64,000 nucleotides of DNA from Octopus sinensis (taxonomy: Eukaryota), in assembly GCF_006345805.1 (NCBI RefSeq), contig NC_043016.1, forward strand, positions 22,816,001 to 22,880,000, in the 5' to 3' direction. Shown one piece after another: positions 1 to 14,692 of this stretch; position 1 is the first letter of the stretch; every line of letters starts with the position of its first letter. Both the position numbers and the translations under genes were made by a program. The notes below the pieces were generated by a model, which saw only the letters and a program-made list of their open reading frames with translations, did no database searches and had not been told where the DNA came from.

Positions 1-2214
1 TCTTTCAAGGTTAATTGACTAAGTATAAGTTGAGCACTGGTGGGGTCAATGTACTCAACTAGGCCCCTGCCACCAAATTTCAGGCCTTGTGCCTATAGTA
101 AAAAGGACTATTATTGCTGTTATATCAAGATCAGTTGATTAGCAATAGTAAATCATCAGTTCATATGCCCTGCATCCCTTTTACATTTTTAGTTAGAATC
201 TTGCTGAAATTGACAACTTTTCATCCTTTGGAAATGAAAATAAGTTCTAGTCAAGATCTGGGCCTACACACTGAATTCTTCACTTCCAAAACATAGCTTT
301 ACCATCATCATTATAAATGTCATTATTATTATCATCATCATTATTATTTAGTTTCATGAACAGGTGTAGTGTCCGAAGCATATTTGTGGGATCAATATAA
401 ATAATGTTCACCTTGAACCTCTTCACTCCACTGCCTGTAAGAAAAACAAAAATCATGGGAGAGGAAGAGGTTCCAAGGGGTTGCAATCCCGAGAAAAAAA
501 AGATTGAGTTATGTTGTCTGAAGAAGATAAAACCAAGCAAGCATAAGATATAACTTGATAGTTCAAAAGGGAGTGAAGACCATTATATTTTGCATGTGGT
601 AAAGTTTGTCCACAGTACTCTGCCATCTGCACCAAATCCATTATTTTACTTTAGTTTATATATATTGATGAATGGCAGATCACTTCTATTCAACATTAAT
701 TTTGTGACCAATTAAGATTCCTTAGTTCTATTATGTCAATGACTAGCTTGAAATAATAGTTCTCACTGCAATGTGAAATAACCGGAGCAGAATACTGCAG
801 CAGTTATGAATTAGGTACTGAAAGTGAACCTGATCTATTACACTAATCACTAACTTTCATAGATAGAGGAACCTGTAAAATGCAGGATTCACAGTCAGAA
901 GCCAAATATTGGTAATTAAACCACACCCCTTCATCATTCATTTAAAATAGGAACTCCAATTTCCATGATCCATTTGTTCAAGTTCCATTAAAATGGGTAA
1001 TATGAATAACTCAAAACTTCTTTGGAAAAGTTTGAACTCTAAACTATAGGTAAAAGTTTTCAAATTTCAAAACCAAGCCACCTATGATGAGTTAAGACAG
1101 CTTCTATGCGGTTGCTCAGACCTGCTATAAATAGCAGCCAAATCTCCCTTGCATGACACCCTACCACATTATAAACATAGTACACATTGGATAATTTAGA
1201 CCCAGAGACAATGTCTGGGGAGGGGGACATCAGGCACCTTTGTCATTGGTTTATTCAATTGCAACCATTCTGAGATCCAAGACAAAAACATTAGCCAGAT
1301 GCATATGTGAAATCATCTTTACTGGGCATTAAACTTGTTCAGTTTAATATAAATCTCTATAAGTCTGTCTAAATCTACCCTCATAATGACACTGAAGCAC
1401 TCACAGGCACTGGTCAACTTGAAGCTATAGTACAGGACACTTGCTCAACATATATTGAGCACTTCCATGTTTTTGTATAAAACAAAAATGCTTGTGTGTG
1501 TCAGTAACAATGTTATTAAATCCATACCATAGTTTTATCCAGATATTTGAACAGATCATGAATAAAATTTACTGTTATCCATTTGAATAGCCATATATTA
1601 CCAGAGCATCGATTAAATCTCATATCGACACTTTACCAACAATGTTTATTGGCCACTTTGTTATGTGCATAAACCCCAACAAAAACATTTTCACCTGGCA
1701 ACTGAAATTCATGTATTCTCAAATCATTTTAAAATTATCAAAAAGTATATAATGATTAGATTATTATACACTTTGTAGTTAACTAAGCAGGTTTCTATAA
1801 CTCTTTCTGCCTTTAAATTACTACAAAGCTGAAATATGACAAATCCATTTCACTAATTTATAGATAAGCTGATCATAAAATAAGATTAAAATTTAGGTTT
1901 TAACAATGCAAAATCATTTATGTTTTTGTTCTTTATTAATAAATTCTCTGTAGATTAAATATATATATTTTTTCTTTAATATGCAATTGACAGTTTTTAA
2001 TTTTTCATAGTGACTTTAAAATTATTTTTACAATTTGGACCGATTTTCAGTTCCATAGATAAGGTTGTAATTAGGTCTTCCATTTTTCTGGCTTGAATTA
2101 TTTTCTAGAATAATACAGACTTGAACAACTTCATCCATTTCAAACAGTATATTTGTCTTCATTAACTCCTGCCAGGATGGAAAATGGATGTTAAATGATG
2201 AGACTATATATATG

Positions 2215-2552
2215 TTCTTTTATTCCTATACTTGTTTCAGTCATTTGACTGTGGCCATGCTGGATCACTGCCTTTAGCTGATCAAATCAACCCCATGACT
2301 TACTCTTTGTAAGTCTAGTAGTTATTCTATTGGTTTCTTTTGCTGAACCACTAAGTTACGGGGACGCAAACACCAACATTAGTGTCAAGGGATTGGAGTG
2401 GGAAGACACACATACATGACGGGCTTCTTTCAGTTTCTGTCTATCAAATCCACTCACAAGGCTCTGGTTGGCCCAAGGTGCCACGCAGTGGGACTGAACC
2501 TGGAGCTATGTGGTAGGGAAGCAAGCTTCTTACTACACAGCCACTCATGTGC
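2215..2552 (-). mobile_element. SINE family A copy
   Basis: Reverse complement of the 54586-54960 consensus (cttgtttcagtcatttgactgtggccatgctgg...gggcttctttcagtttc...aaatccactcacaagg...acacagccactc). Confidence 0.85.
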
Positions 2553-5500
2553 CTATATATATATATATGTATGTATGTGTCCACACACATAAATTTTACA
2601 CACACATACAGTTTCAGATATTTCCATAGTTAAAATTCAGCATGCTAACCTTTATTCTAACTCCAAATATTCTATACACCATGTAATATGATGGGGTTAT
2701 AAATCAAATGCCAAATTCTATTCCTTCTCCCACCCCAAAAAATAGACAGTTAAAAACCATGTGCAACAGAAAGGTCATTTGTCTCAATGTGTGTGTGCGT
2801 GTCTCAATGCATCTTGTGATGAAACAGAGGAGAGACCCATTGAAGAATAATGAATAAGTAAACTAATCCAAGCAATATGTACAAGCTTCTCACTTTGTTT
2901 ACTAAACAGAACTATCTCCTCCAGTGGTAACCACAGTACCATAAAATGAGATTCGTAATCTGTCTTTGTTAAAGGAGGTTTTAAAATGGGAGCATATCTT
3001 ATGTATACAGAACCTATATCTAAACTTATGAACTGTATATGTGAGTTCTATATGACCTAATATATGTACCTCAATGTTCCACAGGCACATACATACATGT
3101 AACTAAGATGGGTTCCATCAGAACAGATGAACTCCACATAGGGTATCTAGGGCAGGGTCCACCAAGATGAGTAACATCCAGCTCTCTCCAAGCAGAACCA
3201 TACCCATATTCAAAAGCTCTGAAATCACAAGAAACATCTGCCAGTCATACAAGGAGTTGTAAAGGGAGCTTCTATGCACCTATTCAACTTGCTAGAAATA
3301 GCAACCAAACTCCAGATCACACCCTACCATCTTTAAGAAAAAGACACTGAAAACTCAGATCTTAAATTTACGCTATGCTAAAAAAATAAAACAACAAAGA
3401 GGGTTGTTATAGCTGGAATGCCTTTGAACTTAAATTTACGGAACCAGAGCTGGGGCTAAACAACAATAGTAACCTAAATTTATACATATTTACACAGCAT
3501 AAGCAATACTAGTAAAAGGATTTGAACTAACAACCCACTGCAGCTGGTCATCTGTGGATCTCTAAATATGTCCCTACATTGTGAGTATGAATTAAAAAAT
3601 AATATATAAAGCTTAAGAAATATTTGCCACATTACTATGAAAAATGTAAATGAATGAAAATGATTTTTCCCTAAACATATGGTCTGTATTTAAATGTACT
3701 TTGTACAGTTAACGTTGCTAATATCTGAAAGATACCATGTTGGCATATGACTATGTGAAAGTACTTTCATTGTATTTTTGTGTTTCATATAAAGTTGATT
3801 TTATTTTTTTCTGCCACCCAAAGTTCATCTTGTTTAGGGCTAGGATACATACTTCAATATCCAAATAGCTTAGTTATTAATGATTACAAAAAAAAAGTCC
3901 AAGCTTCATTAGTTTCTGACATACTTAAAAACAAAATAAGAAACAAAAAACACTCAAACTCGTTAGAACAGAAGCAGTTCTTCCTCCCACTCCACCCACC
4001 AGAATGATAGTACTGCAAAATAATTAGTTTAAGAAACTTAAAGAAAAAGGAAACTTCCTTTTCACAAATAGCTCTGTAGTCCACAATGGTTCCATTTCAC
4101 AAAACCTGTGGGTGTGTGGGTGTTAATGGCATTGGCACTTTAGTCTGATATTAGTGACATTAAATTGAATAAGAGAAACTACTACTACATGAACAAGACT
4201 ATCACATGTTAATCTCTCAGTAATGACTGCTATTTTCCAGACAATTAAAACCGAGACAAAGTAGCATTTGGTTCTTTGGACCAAAAAGTCAAAGTTCCTG
4301 TAGTGAATAGTCTTAAGTCTCTCATACATAGTTTGAAGATATATTGAAGGAGAAAAAAAAATCTTGTAAACTACAGTGCTGCTAAATTTTGATTAAACAC
4401 CCCCCCACACACACACACACACACACACAAAACCCACGCCACACCATCCTCATTGTTTAAGAGCTTGCAGAGTTGGCACACAGTTACAGAAAATGCTTCT
4501 TGTGATTAGCAATTAGCAAAAACATTAAGATGTTTTAAAATGGAAATGTTCCACCAAAATGTTAATTGCAGATATCCAAGTGGGTGTGTCACATCTAAGT
4601 CCTCCAGAAAATAAAATTTATCATTTTTATGTTAACCAATAATGCCAGTTTTTACATATTTAGATATTTACATCAGACATGCAATTAACCCTACATGTCT
4701 GGAGAGAAGCAAATGTGATCAATAAATCCAGCACACAAGCAATTTGATCCACACTTCTAAGTGTACCATTTGAAAAAAAAAAAATTTTCATAGTGTGTAA
4801 TAGTCAGTAATAGATTTGCAATATATATTATATACCTTATGTCATCTTAATTTAAATGTTTATAGCTACTGACTATGTATATCAGCAAAAAAAAAAAAAA
4901 AAAAAAAAACAACTGTACACTTGGAAATAACTTGTGTAAATACAATTTTACATAATGTTCTGTATATTCAGACTGATGATTTCTGAATAGCAAAGCAGCA
5001 TGTTGCTTGGAGAAACAAACAATATGAGTAACTACAGTTTTTTGAAAAATCACATGATTATCCAGAAGTTATTTCAATTCTGCAGAGATTGCAGTTTACA
5101 CATACTTTGGTAGTTAATACTGTGAATATAACTTTTTACTGTTAACATGGGTTTAACAATTTTAGATAAGAATGTGACTCACACTCTGGCTAATCTTCAT
5201 TTTATCAGTGAAGCCTAGCTCTGTAAGACTTGACTGAAATATCCTAGCGTTTGTCTTAAAAAGTCTGCCATAATCTTGTAGAATCTTTAACCAGCTTATA
5301 GTTAATATTTAGAACTCTCATTTTCAACATGTTCATACTTCCACTAAATGCTTTGCAACCAAACCAAAGTTCCTAGTCATTTTCTTAAGTCACTTGTACA
5401 AAAAATATGCAACATACTGCACTTATCTGAAGAACTTTCAAAATTGGACATTCAGACAGTTCTATATTTTTTAAATCTCCCTCTCCCTCCCTCTCCCTCC

Positions 5501-7759
5501 CTCCCCCTCTCCCTCTCCCTCTCCCTCAGAAAGACTGGTTGTCAAATAAACTGATGAAAGTATGAAAAAATTTCCACAATAAAAAGCACAGTTTACTGTT
5601 GAGAAATTAAGATTAAAAAGAGAGGAATGCCACATGTATAATAATAACAACCCAACAAGACAAATCAGCAAGATGAAAATTAAAAAAAAAAAAAAATCAC
5701 CAAAGCATCAAGCTTTCTTGAAACTATTAACAAGAATAGAGTAAAATCTGAAATCTAAGGAAATGGTGATCATTTCCATTCCATTCACAACAAATTAGTC
5801 AATACAAGACTTCAAGAAGTTCGTTTGCCATGATAGGTGTAGAATCTAAAATACCAGACCTTGCTCTTCATCTGAGAGTAGATGGAGAGTTGAAAAGTGA
5901 TGTCTCTGAACTGAAGGCAAATATTGAACATACCAAGAAGATTTATATCTAAACTAATCTAACACTCTTGCAATTAGCAAGTTAAGTCTTTCACAGAACT
6001 TAGACATCCAATTTCTTATCCAGTTGTTTATAATAATTATTTACATGATAGGTGCAGGTATGTCTTAGTAATTAAGAAGTTTGCTTTCCAACTGCATGTT
6101 TTCAGTCTCAGCCCCACTTGGAAAAGTGACCATCTTCTATGGTCCCAGGCTAACCAAAGACTTGTGAGTGGATTTGGTAAACAGAAGGGAACGCATGTGT
6201 GTGTGTGTATGGATGAGAGTGCATGTGTGCGCCATTGTGTGATAGATGCAAATGAGTGTCACTATTGTACATGGTGTGGTCATTCATTTCTCATATCCTG
6301 CAAAAACAAGTCTGCCACGGGAAAATATTACCTAGCTTGGTTGGAAACAAGGACTGGCAACAGGAAAAAAAAATCAACAGTAGAAAATCTCCAATAAATT
6401 CCATCTGACCCAAGCAAGCACCAAAAAGAAGACATTAAGACGATAATATTGAAAGCAGTGGAAACAGTACCTCAGAAAACAAAATGCTTTTCAGTATTTA
6501 GTTACATCCTGCTATGCCAGTAGTTGTAAAACACTGCAAAGGATATCTAGATGTGCCTTGGATTTGTTTGTTTGGTTGGGTTTTTTTAAATAGGATTTAA
6601 GGCTTTAGAAAATTCATAATTGCTTGAGTATCTTGAAAAACATTTTGCTTCTACACAAATGTGACTGGTAAAATGAAGTAAACTAGTTTTCTGTATTTTT
6701 CTTTTCTAAATTAATAACTGTAAACAATTTAATTTTCCACACAAAATGCACTAGTGATTTTTAACTTTCTATACAAAGTCTTTTTTATATTTGATGTCTA
6801 GTGCACCACCAAGTGAAAAAAATTGAGAATTACTGCCTTATGCTCTGAGTTCAAAACTACCAACAGATGACTAGGCCCTTTTGGGACTGATAGCTTAATA
6901 TACAGTGTTGGCTCATTATATCATCGTCATTTAGCATCCGTTGTCCATGCTTGTCTGAGTTGGGTGTTTTGACCAGGGCTGGCAAGCTGGAAGGCTGCAC
7001 CAGACTTCAGTCTGATTTGGCATGGTTTCTATGGCTGGATGTCCTTCCTAACACCAACCACTCCAAGAGTGTAATGGATGACTTACGGCCACTGGCACAA
7101 GTGCCATTTGCATGACACTGGTATCTGCCATGACTGCAATTTTACTTGGCTTGATAGGTTTTCTCAAGCATGATGTAATGCCAAGATCTCGGTTATTACT
7201 TCTGTGAGGCCAAACACTTGAAAGGAGTTCTTCACATGCCACCAGCAAAAACCACTTTTGCCTCCGGGAGGCCCAACACTCAAAAAGTGCTTCATATATA
7301 AATATCAGCTTCAATCAATTTGTAGTCTTGTCCCATTATAAGGAGATCCATCTTGCATTTATTTTACTATAAGTAAAAGCAGAAACAAAGATGCAGCTGA
7401 TATTCACAAATATCACCATCTTTAGGCAATATTTGTCATTTTAACCCCTCAAGCAAAGTTTCAGAACCTAGTTTTAGAATAAATTTTTTTTTTTAAATCT
7501 TATGCCAATTACAGAAAGGAGAAAAAAGAGGTCTGTGAGATAAAGAAAAATGCAAAGAAGAATTTTTGCATTGTGCTAAATGAAATAAATCCAAACTTCA
7601 GAAATGCCTAAAATTCAAAGACTTATTTTCTTACATTTATCTTTGTATGGCTTCTACATTTATTTTCATGGGTGAGAAGATTCTGCAAATTTAAGCAGAA
7701 TTTTTTTTAATTAACTTATTTTCTGTTAAATTCAATACAAACCCAAACTGGTACAATAT

Positions 7760-8060
7760 CTTTACTCATTTGTCACTAAACTGCACCGTGCCAGGGCACT
7801 GCTGTAAAGAATTTTCATTGAACAAATTAATTTCAGTACTTTTTTCTTTACCTAGCACTTATTCTACTTGTTGCTTTGGCTGAACTGTTAAGTTGTCAAG
7901 TGGTGGTAGGGGACAAACAGGCTTCTTTCAGTTTCCATCTACCAAATCCACTCACAAGGATATTGTAGAAGACACTTGCCCAAGGTGCTGTGATGCTGGA
8001 TTGAACCCAGAACTATGTGGTTGGGAAGCAAACTTCTTACCATTACAGCCATGCTTGCAC
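7760..8060 (-). mobile_element. SINE family A copy (decayed)
   Basis: gcttctttcagtttccatctaccaaatccactcacaagg...gacacttgcccaaggtgc...ttgggaagcaaacttcttacc. Confidence 0.8.
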
Positions 8061-8227
8061 TTGTACTCCAAATTTTTCCAATTTTAATCAAAATTTGTCT
8101 CAAGATAAATGCAGGGTATTTTTGATGTATTGAAAAGCTTTTGTGAATCATTAGAAAAGTAGTCAAATATAAAAGGTAAAATATACTTCATTATGGTTGA
8201 ACCTGTTATAGTTAATAACAGAAATAA

Positions 8228-8530
8228 GAGCATGGTTGTGTGGTTAGGGACTTTATTTCATAATCATGATTTAAGCTCAATATCACAGCATGGCATTTTC
8301 AGCTCATGTTTTCTATTAAAACCTCCAGTTGATCAATACACCTTGTGAGTGAAATTTGGTAGATAGACACTTCATGGAAGCCAGTAGTGTTCTATATTCC
8401 TTTTATGTCCCATAATTTAGTAATTCAATAAGAGATTAACGAAATAAGTATCAGACTTAATATGAACAGGAATCAATATAATCAACTAAACCCTTGGAGA
8501 TGCTGCTGCAATCTAACGACTAAAACAAGG
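8228..8530 (+). mobile_element. SINE family A copy (heavily decayed)
   Basis: gcatggttgtgtggttag...ccttgtgagtgaaatttggtagatag...aaataagta...gactaaaacaag. Confidence 0.65.
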
Positions 8531-9329
8531 ATAGAACAAAGGAGTAACCCAAGGATTAAATTTACAAAATTCTCTTGAGAGAAAGGTTAATTATACAACT
8601 TTGACACTGTGTGTGTGTGCACACACGCGCATGCGTGCATGCATGCATGCGTGCATGCATGCATGCGTCAGCTTTACCAGAAACTTGATTTCAACTAACT
8701 GATCAATAAGTAGCCAACTGCACTGGCTAAAGACCAAAGCATACAATTTTTTTTTTTTTAATTCTTGAAAAAACAAAATATGAACACATATATAAAACAC
8801 ATACAATCATTGTCAAAATGCTTTTCTCTTTACTGTCCTCTTGCACATGACCCAAATCTCATATTTGATTTATGAAATGATTTTAATAGAGCAAGAACAA
8901 ACAAACTTGATGAGGTTCAAGATTAAAGTCCATTCCAAAAAACAGAGATTTCTGAGAAACAGAAGAAGAGAAAAGCAACTTTGTATGCTTCTAAATGAAT
9001 GGTATATTTTTCAGATCCTAGCGTGCTTAAAACTGTTGAGTAAACCTAGACCACAATGAAATGTAGATAAATGTAAAAGAGAGGGAAAATTATAATTGAT
9101 AGACAAGAGGAGACAAAGAAAAAAAAAAAAGGGAGAGGATGCAGACAGTCAAGAAAGAGAGGAATGTAGAGTTAGTTCATGTGAAGCAGAAACAGAAGGG
9201 GATGGAGAGTATACATAATTTCAGATAAAATGTCAAAAAAAAAAAAAAAAAAAAAAGACAGTAGCATACATTTAATGTAATGACCTGGAATACATTTTTA
9301 ATCACAGCTGAATAATAAAATCTATTGTG

Positions 9330-11032
9330 CTAATGTTTACATATATATATATATATGTAGATATGCCACGAATGCATATACAAACACATACCTGGAGGCA
9401 TATACAAATACATACACGAACACACACGCATATACACATACCTATAGACACAAACACTCAGACACACATACATATACATGCACACATACAGACACACCGA
9501 TCTATAGATACATACCTATATATACACATATCTATATATACACATATCTATATACACACATACACATCTATATATACCTTTATATGTATATATACACACT
9601 ACATACTATACATATACACACACACCTCTATACACACACACACACACCTTTATACACACACACACACACACACCTATATATATACATATATATATTAAAC
9701 TTTTTAATACTTTTTGATAGTTATATATATATATTTTAAATTTTAATTTAGATTTAAATATATATTAATTTTAAATTTAAATAATTCAAATTTTTAAATT
9801 TTATATATTTTGTATATTATGTTAATTATTTTTAATTTCATGTTTTGGTTTGTTTTTCACTGATTTGCCTAATAGTGGTTTTATCTCTAAATCCTTAAAA
9901 ATGTTTTAGCCCGAAGGCCACGGCCATGCTGGTGCATATATATATAGACAGATAGATAGAGAGGTGGGTGTGTGTGTATATATATATATATATAGATATG
10001 TGTGCATATATATGTAGGTGTGTGTGTGTATATATATGTAGGTATGTGTCTGTGTACATATACCTACCTATATATACACACACACACATACCTACCTACA
10101 TATATATACATACATACACAACTATATATACATACCTATACACACACATGTACATACATATATACATATAAGTACATACATATATACATATAAGTACATA
10201 CATATAAATACATACATATAAATACATACATACATATAAATACATACATATAAATACATACATACATATAAATACATACATATATACATATAAATACATA
10301 CATATATACATATAAATACATACATATATACATATAAATACATACATATATACATATAAATACATACATATATACATATAAATACATACATATATACATA
10401 TAAATACATACATACATACATATAAATACATACATACATACATATAAATACATACATACATACATATAAATACATATATACATATAAATACATATATACA
10501 TATAAATACATATATACATATAAATACATATATACATATAAATACATATATACATATAAATACATATAAATACATATATACACATATATACATATAAATA
10601 CATATATACATATAAATACATATAAATACATATATACATACACATATATATACATATATACATACATACACATGTACATACACATAAATACATACATACA
10701 CATGTACATACACATAAATACATACATACACATAAATACATACACATGTACATACACATATAAATACATACACATGTACATACACATATAAATACATACA
10801 CATAAATACATACATATATAAATACATACATATATACATATATATACAGACATGCATATATACATATATATACAGACATGCATATATACATACACATGTA
10901 CATACATATACATAAATACATACATATATACACATAGATGCACACACACACATATATACATACACATACACACACATACATATATATATACACACACGTG
11001 CGTACACACACACACATACGCACACACACACG

Positions 11033-11066
<34 letters not shown>

Positions 11067-11462
11067 TACATATACACACATACATATACACACATACATA
11101 TACACACATACATATACACACATACACATACACACATACACATACACACATACATATACACACATACATATACACACATACATATACACACATACACATA
11201 CACACATACACATACACACACACACATATACACATACACATACACACACCCATGCGCGCACACACGTGCACATACACACATACATATACATACATAAATA
11301 TATATATATATATATATATACATGCATGCATATATACATACATGCACATACACATGCACATACACACATACATACACACATATATACATACACATACACA
11401 CATACATGCACACATACACATGCACACATATATACATACGTACACACATATATAGATACATA
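9330..11462. repeat. About 2.1-kb compound (TA/CA/TACA)n microsatellite with higher-order units, interrupted by an AT-only stretch (about 9696-9890)
   Basis: Visible blocks of tacatacatataaa (14-mer), tacatacatatatacatataaa (22-mer), a ~30-mer containing catgta and (CA)n. Source of the long YICM/HTHT ORFs. Confidence 0.95.
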
Positions 11463-11464
11463 CC

Positions 11465-12455
11465 TCTGCTGATGACAAAGTCCCTCTTGCTTAGAATAAA
11501 AGGCAGACTGTATGACGCATGTGTGCAAACAGCCATGCTACATGGCAATGAAACATGGGCCGTGACTACTGAGGACATGCGTAAGCTTGCAAGGAATGAA
11601 GCCACTATGGTTCGATGGATGTGTAATGTCAATATGTATACATGACAGAGTATACGTGACCAGAGAGAAAAGTTGGATTTAAGAAGTATCAGATGTGGTG
11701 TGCAAGAGAGACATCTGCGCTGGTATGGCCATATGTTGTGAATGAATGAGGACAGCTGTGTGAAAAAGTGTCACACCCTAGCAGTTGAGGGACCCTGTGG
11801 AAGAGGTAGACCTGGGATGAGATGGTGACACACAACCTTCGAAAATTGGGCCTTACCGAGGCAATGACTAGTGACCAAGACCTTTGGAGACATGCTGTGC
11901 TTGAGAAGACCTGACATGCCAAGTGAGACCATAGCCTGTGGCCTATGCCAGTGAGTGTAACCAGCCCACTTATGAGTACCCCTCATTTATTGGACAATAA
12001 ACTTTGCTTGCGAAGACCCATAGAAGCAAGTGAAATCAAAATCGCTGACATGGCCGATGACAGTACAGCCTGATTGGCACTTTTGCCAGTGGAATGTTAA
12101 AAGCACATCCGCGAATGATCATTGCCAGGGGCGTGGATTGGCAGGTAAAAAGTACCATTTGAGTGTGATCATTGCCAGCATCGCCTTACTGGCACGTGAA
12201 AAACATTCAAGGGTGGTCATTGCCAGTGCCAGCAGACTGGTTCCCGTGCAGATAGCTCATTAAAAAACACCTTTTGAGTGTGGTCACTTGTACCAGTTGC
12301 ACGTAAAAGCACCCACTACACTCTTGGAGTGCTTGGCATTAGGAAGGGCATCCAGCTATAGAAACTTTGCCAGATCAGATTGGAACCTGGTGCAGCCTTC
12401 TGGCCTACCAGTCCTCAGTCAAAACGCCTGGCATGGAAAGTAGACATTAAACGAT
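11465..12455 (+). mobile_element. Older 5'-truncated RTE copy of the same family, frameshifted, antisense in the JIP3 intron
   Basis: LLMTKSLLLRIKGRLYDACVQTAMLHGNETWAVTTEDMRKLARNEATMVRWMCNV, then fragments of RHLRWYGH and GRGRP, and the family 3' end (taaaagcacccactacactc...taggaagggcatccagct...catggaaagtagacattaaacgat). Confidence 0.9.
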
Positions 12456-14692
12456 ACATACATACACGACATACATGCACAAACACACACACACATGCAC
12501 GTGCACACACGCGCGCAAACACACACACGCAAACATACACAAATATATACACAAACACATATGCATATACACACATACAGACGCACACATACACACACAC
12601 ACACACACAAAGACACGCACAAACTATAAATGCCAGCAGTAGACAGATCTGCTAACGGAAATGAATTTCAAACAGCAGTCGTACATTTAAAATTGTAAAT
12701 CTTAGGACATTATACACTCCTACAATAATGATGAACATAAGATGCAACAACTGAATGTCTCTTCGCACAAAGTAGTCACCCTTTCATTCACACAACTTCC
12801 AGTAGGGCTGGTTTTAAATCTAAAAATAAAGATATAGAAGAAATTCTGTCAAAACTATCTTAAATTAATGATCATTACCCTCTACTGATTTCTCTCTCAC
12901 ACAATTGATACAAGGTCTGTGTATATTCAGAAAGAACAAAATCTATTCATCCCTAGCATATATTACATAATTTGATCCTAAGAAGATGAAAGGCAAACTT
13001 GAAGCAGTAGTTAGAATAAAGTTTTGTTTTGTTTTTTCTTTGGGGTGGGGGATTCTTAATTGATTACTGTTTCTGCAACATACCCCTTTTCATAACAAAA
13101 TAAAAACAACATTGCAGAGACATAAACATACAAAACAGGCTTCTTACTGTTTCCAGCTACCAATTTCATTCACAAGGTATTGATAAGGCTGAAGCAACAT
13201 TATAAATGCCTGCCCCCAGTGGCTAATGAACCCAAAACCACATAGTTATGTCTACAACATCATTTTAATGTCCACTTCCCATGCTCACATTAGTCAGAAT
13301 TTATTAGGACAGACTTTCTACATCCAAGTGTCCTTGTCACCAACCCTAACCGGTTTCCAAGAAAGATGTTTCCCATAACATATTTTCATAGATATATCAA
13401 GTTAAAAGCTACGATAGGCTTCTTTCAGCTGCCATCTATCAAAATCCACTGACAAGGCTTTGGTTAACCCAAAATGACGTATAAGAACTGAACATATGGT
13501 TGAGAAGCAATCTTCTCACCACATACTCATGCCCGTACCTATAAGTTAATGGGATACCACACCACCTAAACTATCAATGGTACAATCACATCATCGGAAA
13601 TGTGTTAAATGGTTTAGTACATTTACATGTTAATACTATGGTGTTAATACACATAACTTGTGCAAATAGAAACATCTTCGTTATTGTTGTTTTACAGCCA
13701 TTTTCCAGCAAGTGTGGTTAGGACAAGTTTTCCGAGTCGTCGTTTTATGGTTAGATGTCCTTCCTGTTGCCAGTCCATACTCGCCTATTACAATATCATT
13801 CAAAAATCTAACAACAGCAATAATATAATTGCTACTTTCTTATCATGCTGAGCTTAAATCCTATGAAGCTAGAAGAAACCACAGAAACCTACTCCAAAAG
13901 AAATCAACAAACTAAAAACTTCAATTACCTATTCAACTGTCATTGGATTAAGGTCCCAGTATCTATTACATGTGATGATTAATGTGTAACTGTCAAATTC
14001 AGTATTTCTGAAGGGGAGGAGAGAGGAGTGGTATCTAAGGATTAATAAAAGGGCACTCAAATTGCCATTTTTGTCTTCACATTAAAGACAGGGGAGCTGG
14101 AAGGGGGCTCAAAAATTCTCACCAATAATTTGAAGGTAGACCTGACTTTTGTCAATTTAGGAACTACTGGTCTAATCCATGTTAATCCACCAATAGACCA
14201 GAAACATCCAACTACTTCAGTTGACTTTGCTATTTGATCTAGAACCCTGCATAGCAATCACTAAGTTATCTTCAGCTCCTAATATACAACCAATGAGAAG
14301 AAATGATAATAGTAGTAGTTCTATTGTGTTTTATATATTTCACGGAAGGAGTTAATAATCAGCTGACAATCTGACCTACTAACAACGATAATGATTTCTC
14401 ACATATGGTTCATTGAGTCAACCCAGTTTGCTTAACATTTTTAATGTCATCGACCCAACAGTGAAAATTAATATAACCACCGTTATGATTCAAACTGCAC
14501 AGAAAGCTGTTTCTGTAAAAATTATTTGTGACATATGCAAAGAAAAAAACTTCAAAGAGTAAAGAAATTGTCAGTAGTAATGTTCTTTTTTTTTTTTCCC
14601 CCAACAGTAATAATGGTAAATTCTACTGCACTAAAGTGTAGGAACATGGTTGTGGACACAGTTCACAAGGAGAAGCAAAGACAATGATGCAA

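Noticed and set aside
5830-5952. 40-aa plus-strand ORF MIGVESKIPDLALHLRVDGELKSDVSELKANIEHTKKIYI
   Set aside because: Short, antisense to the host gene, no recognisable family and no supporting splice or promoter context.
9327-11645. Very long ORFs (460-498 aa, YICM/HTHT-rich) in several frames
   Set aside because: Translations of TA/CA microsatellite that lacks stop codons by composition; only the terminal part overlapping the RTE copy is protein-derived.
14123-14246. 124-nt segment with ag/gt boundaries as candidate JIP3 exon 2
   Set aside because: The phase-0 frame required by exon 1 hits TGA after 9 codons; the open frame shows no JIP3 similarity.
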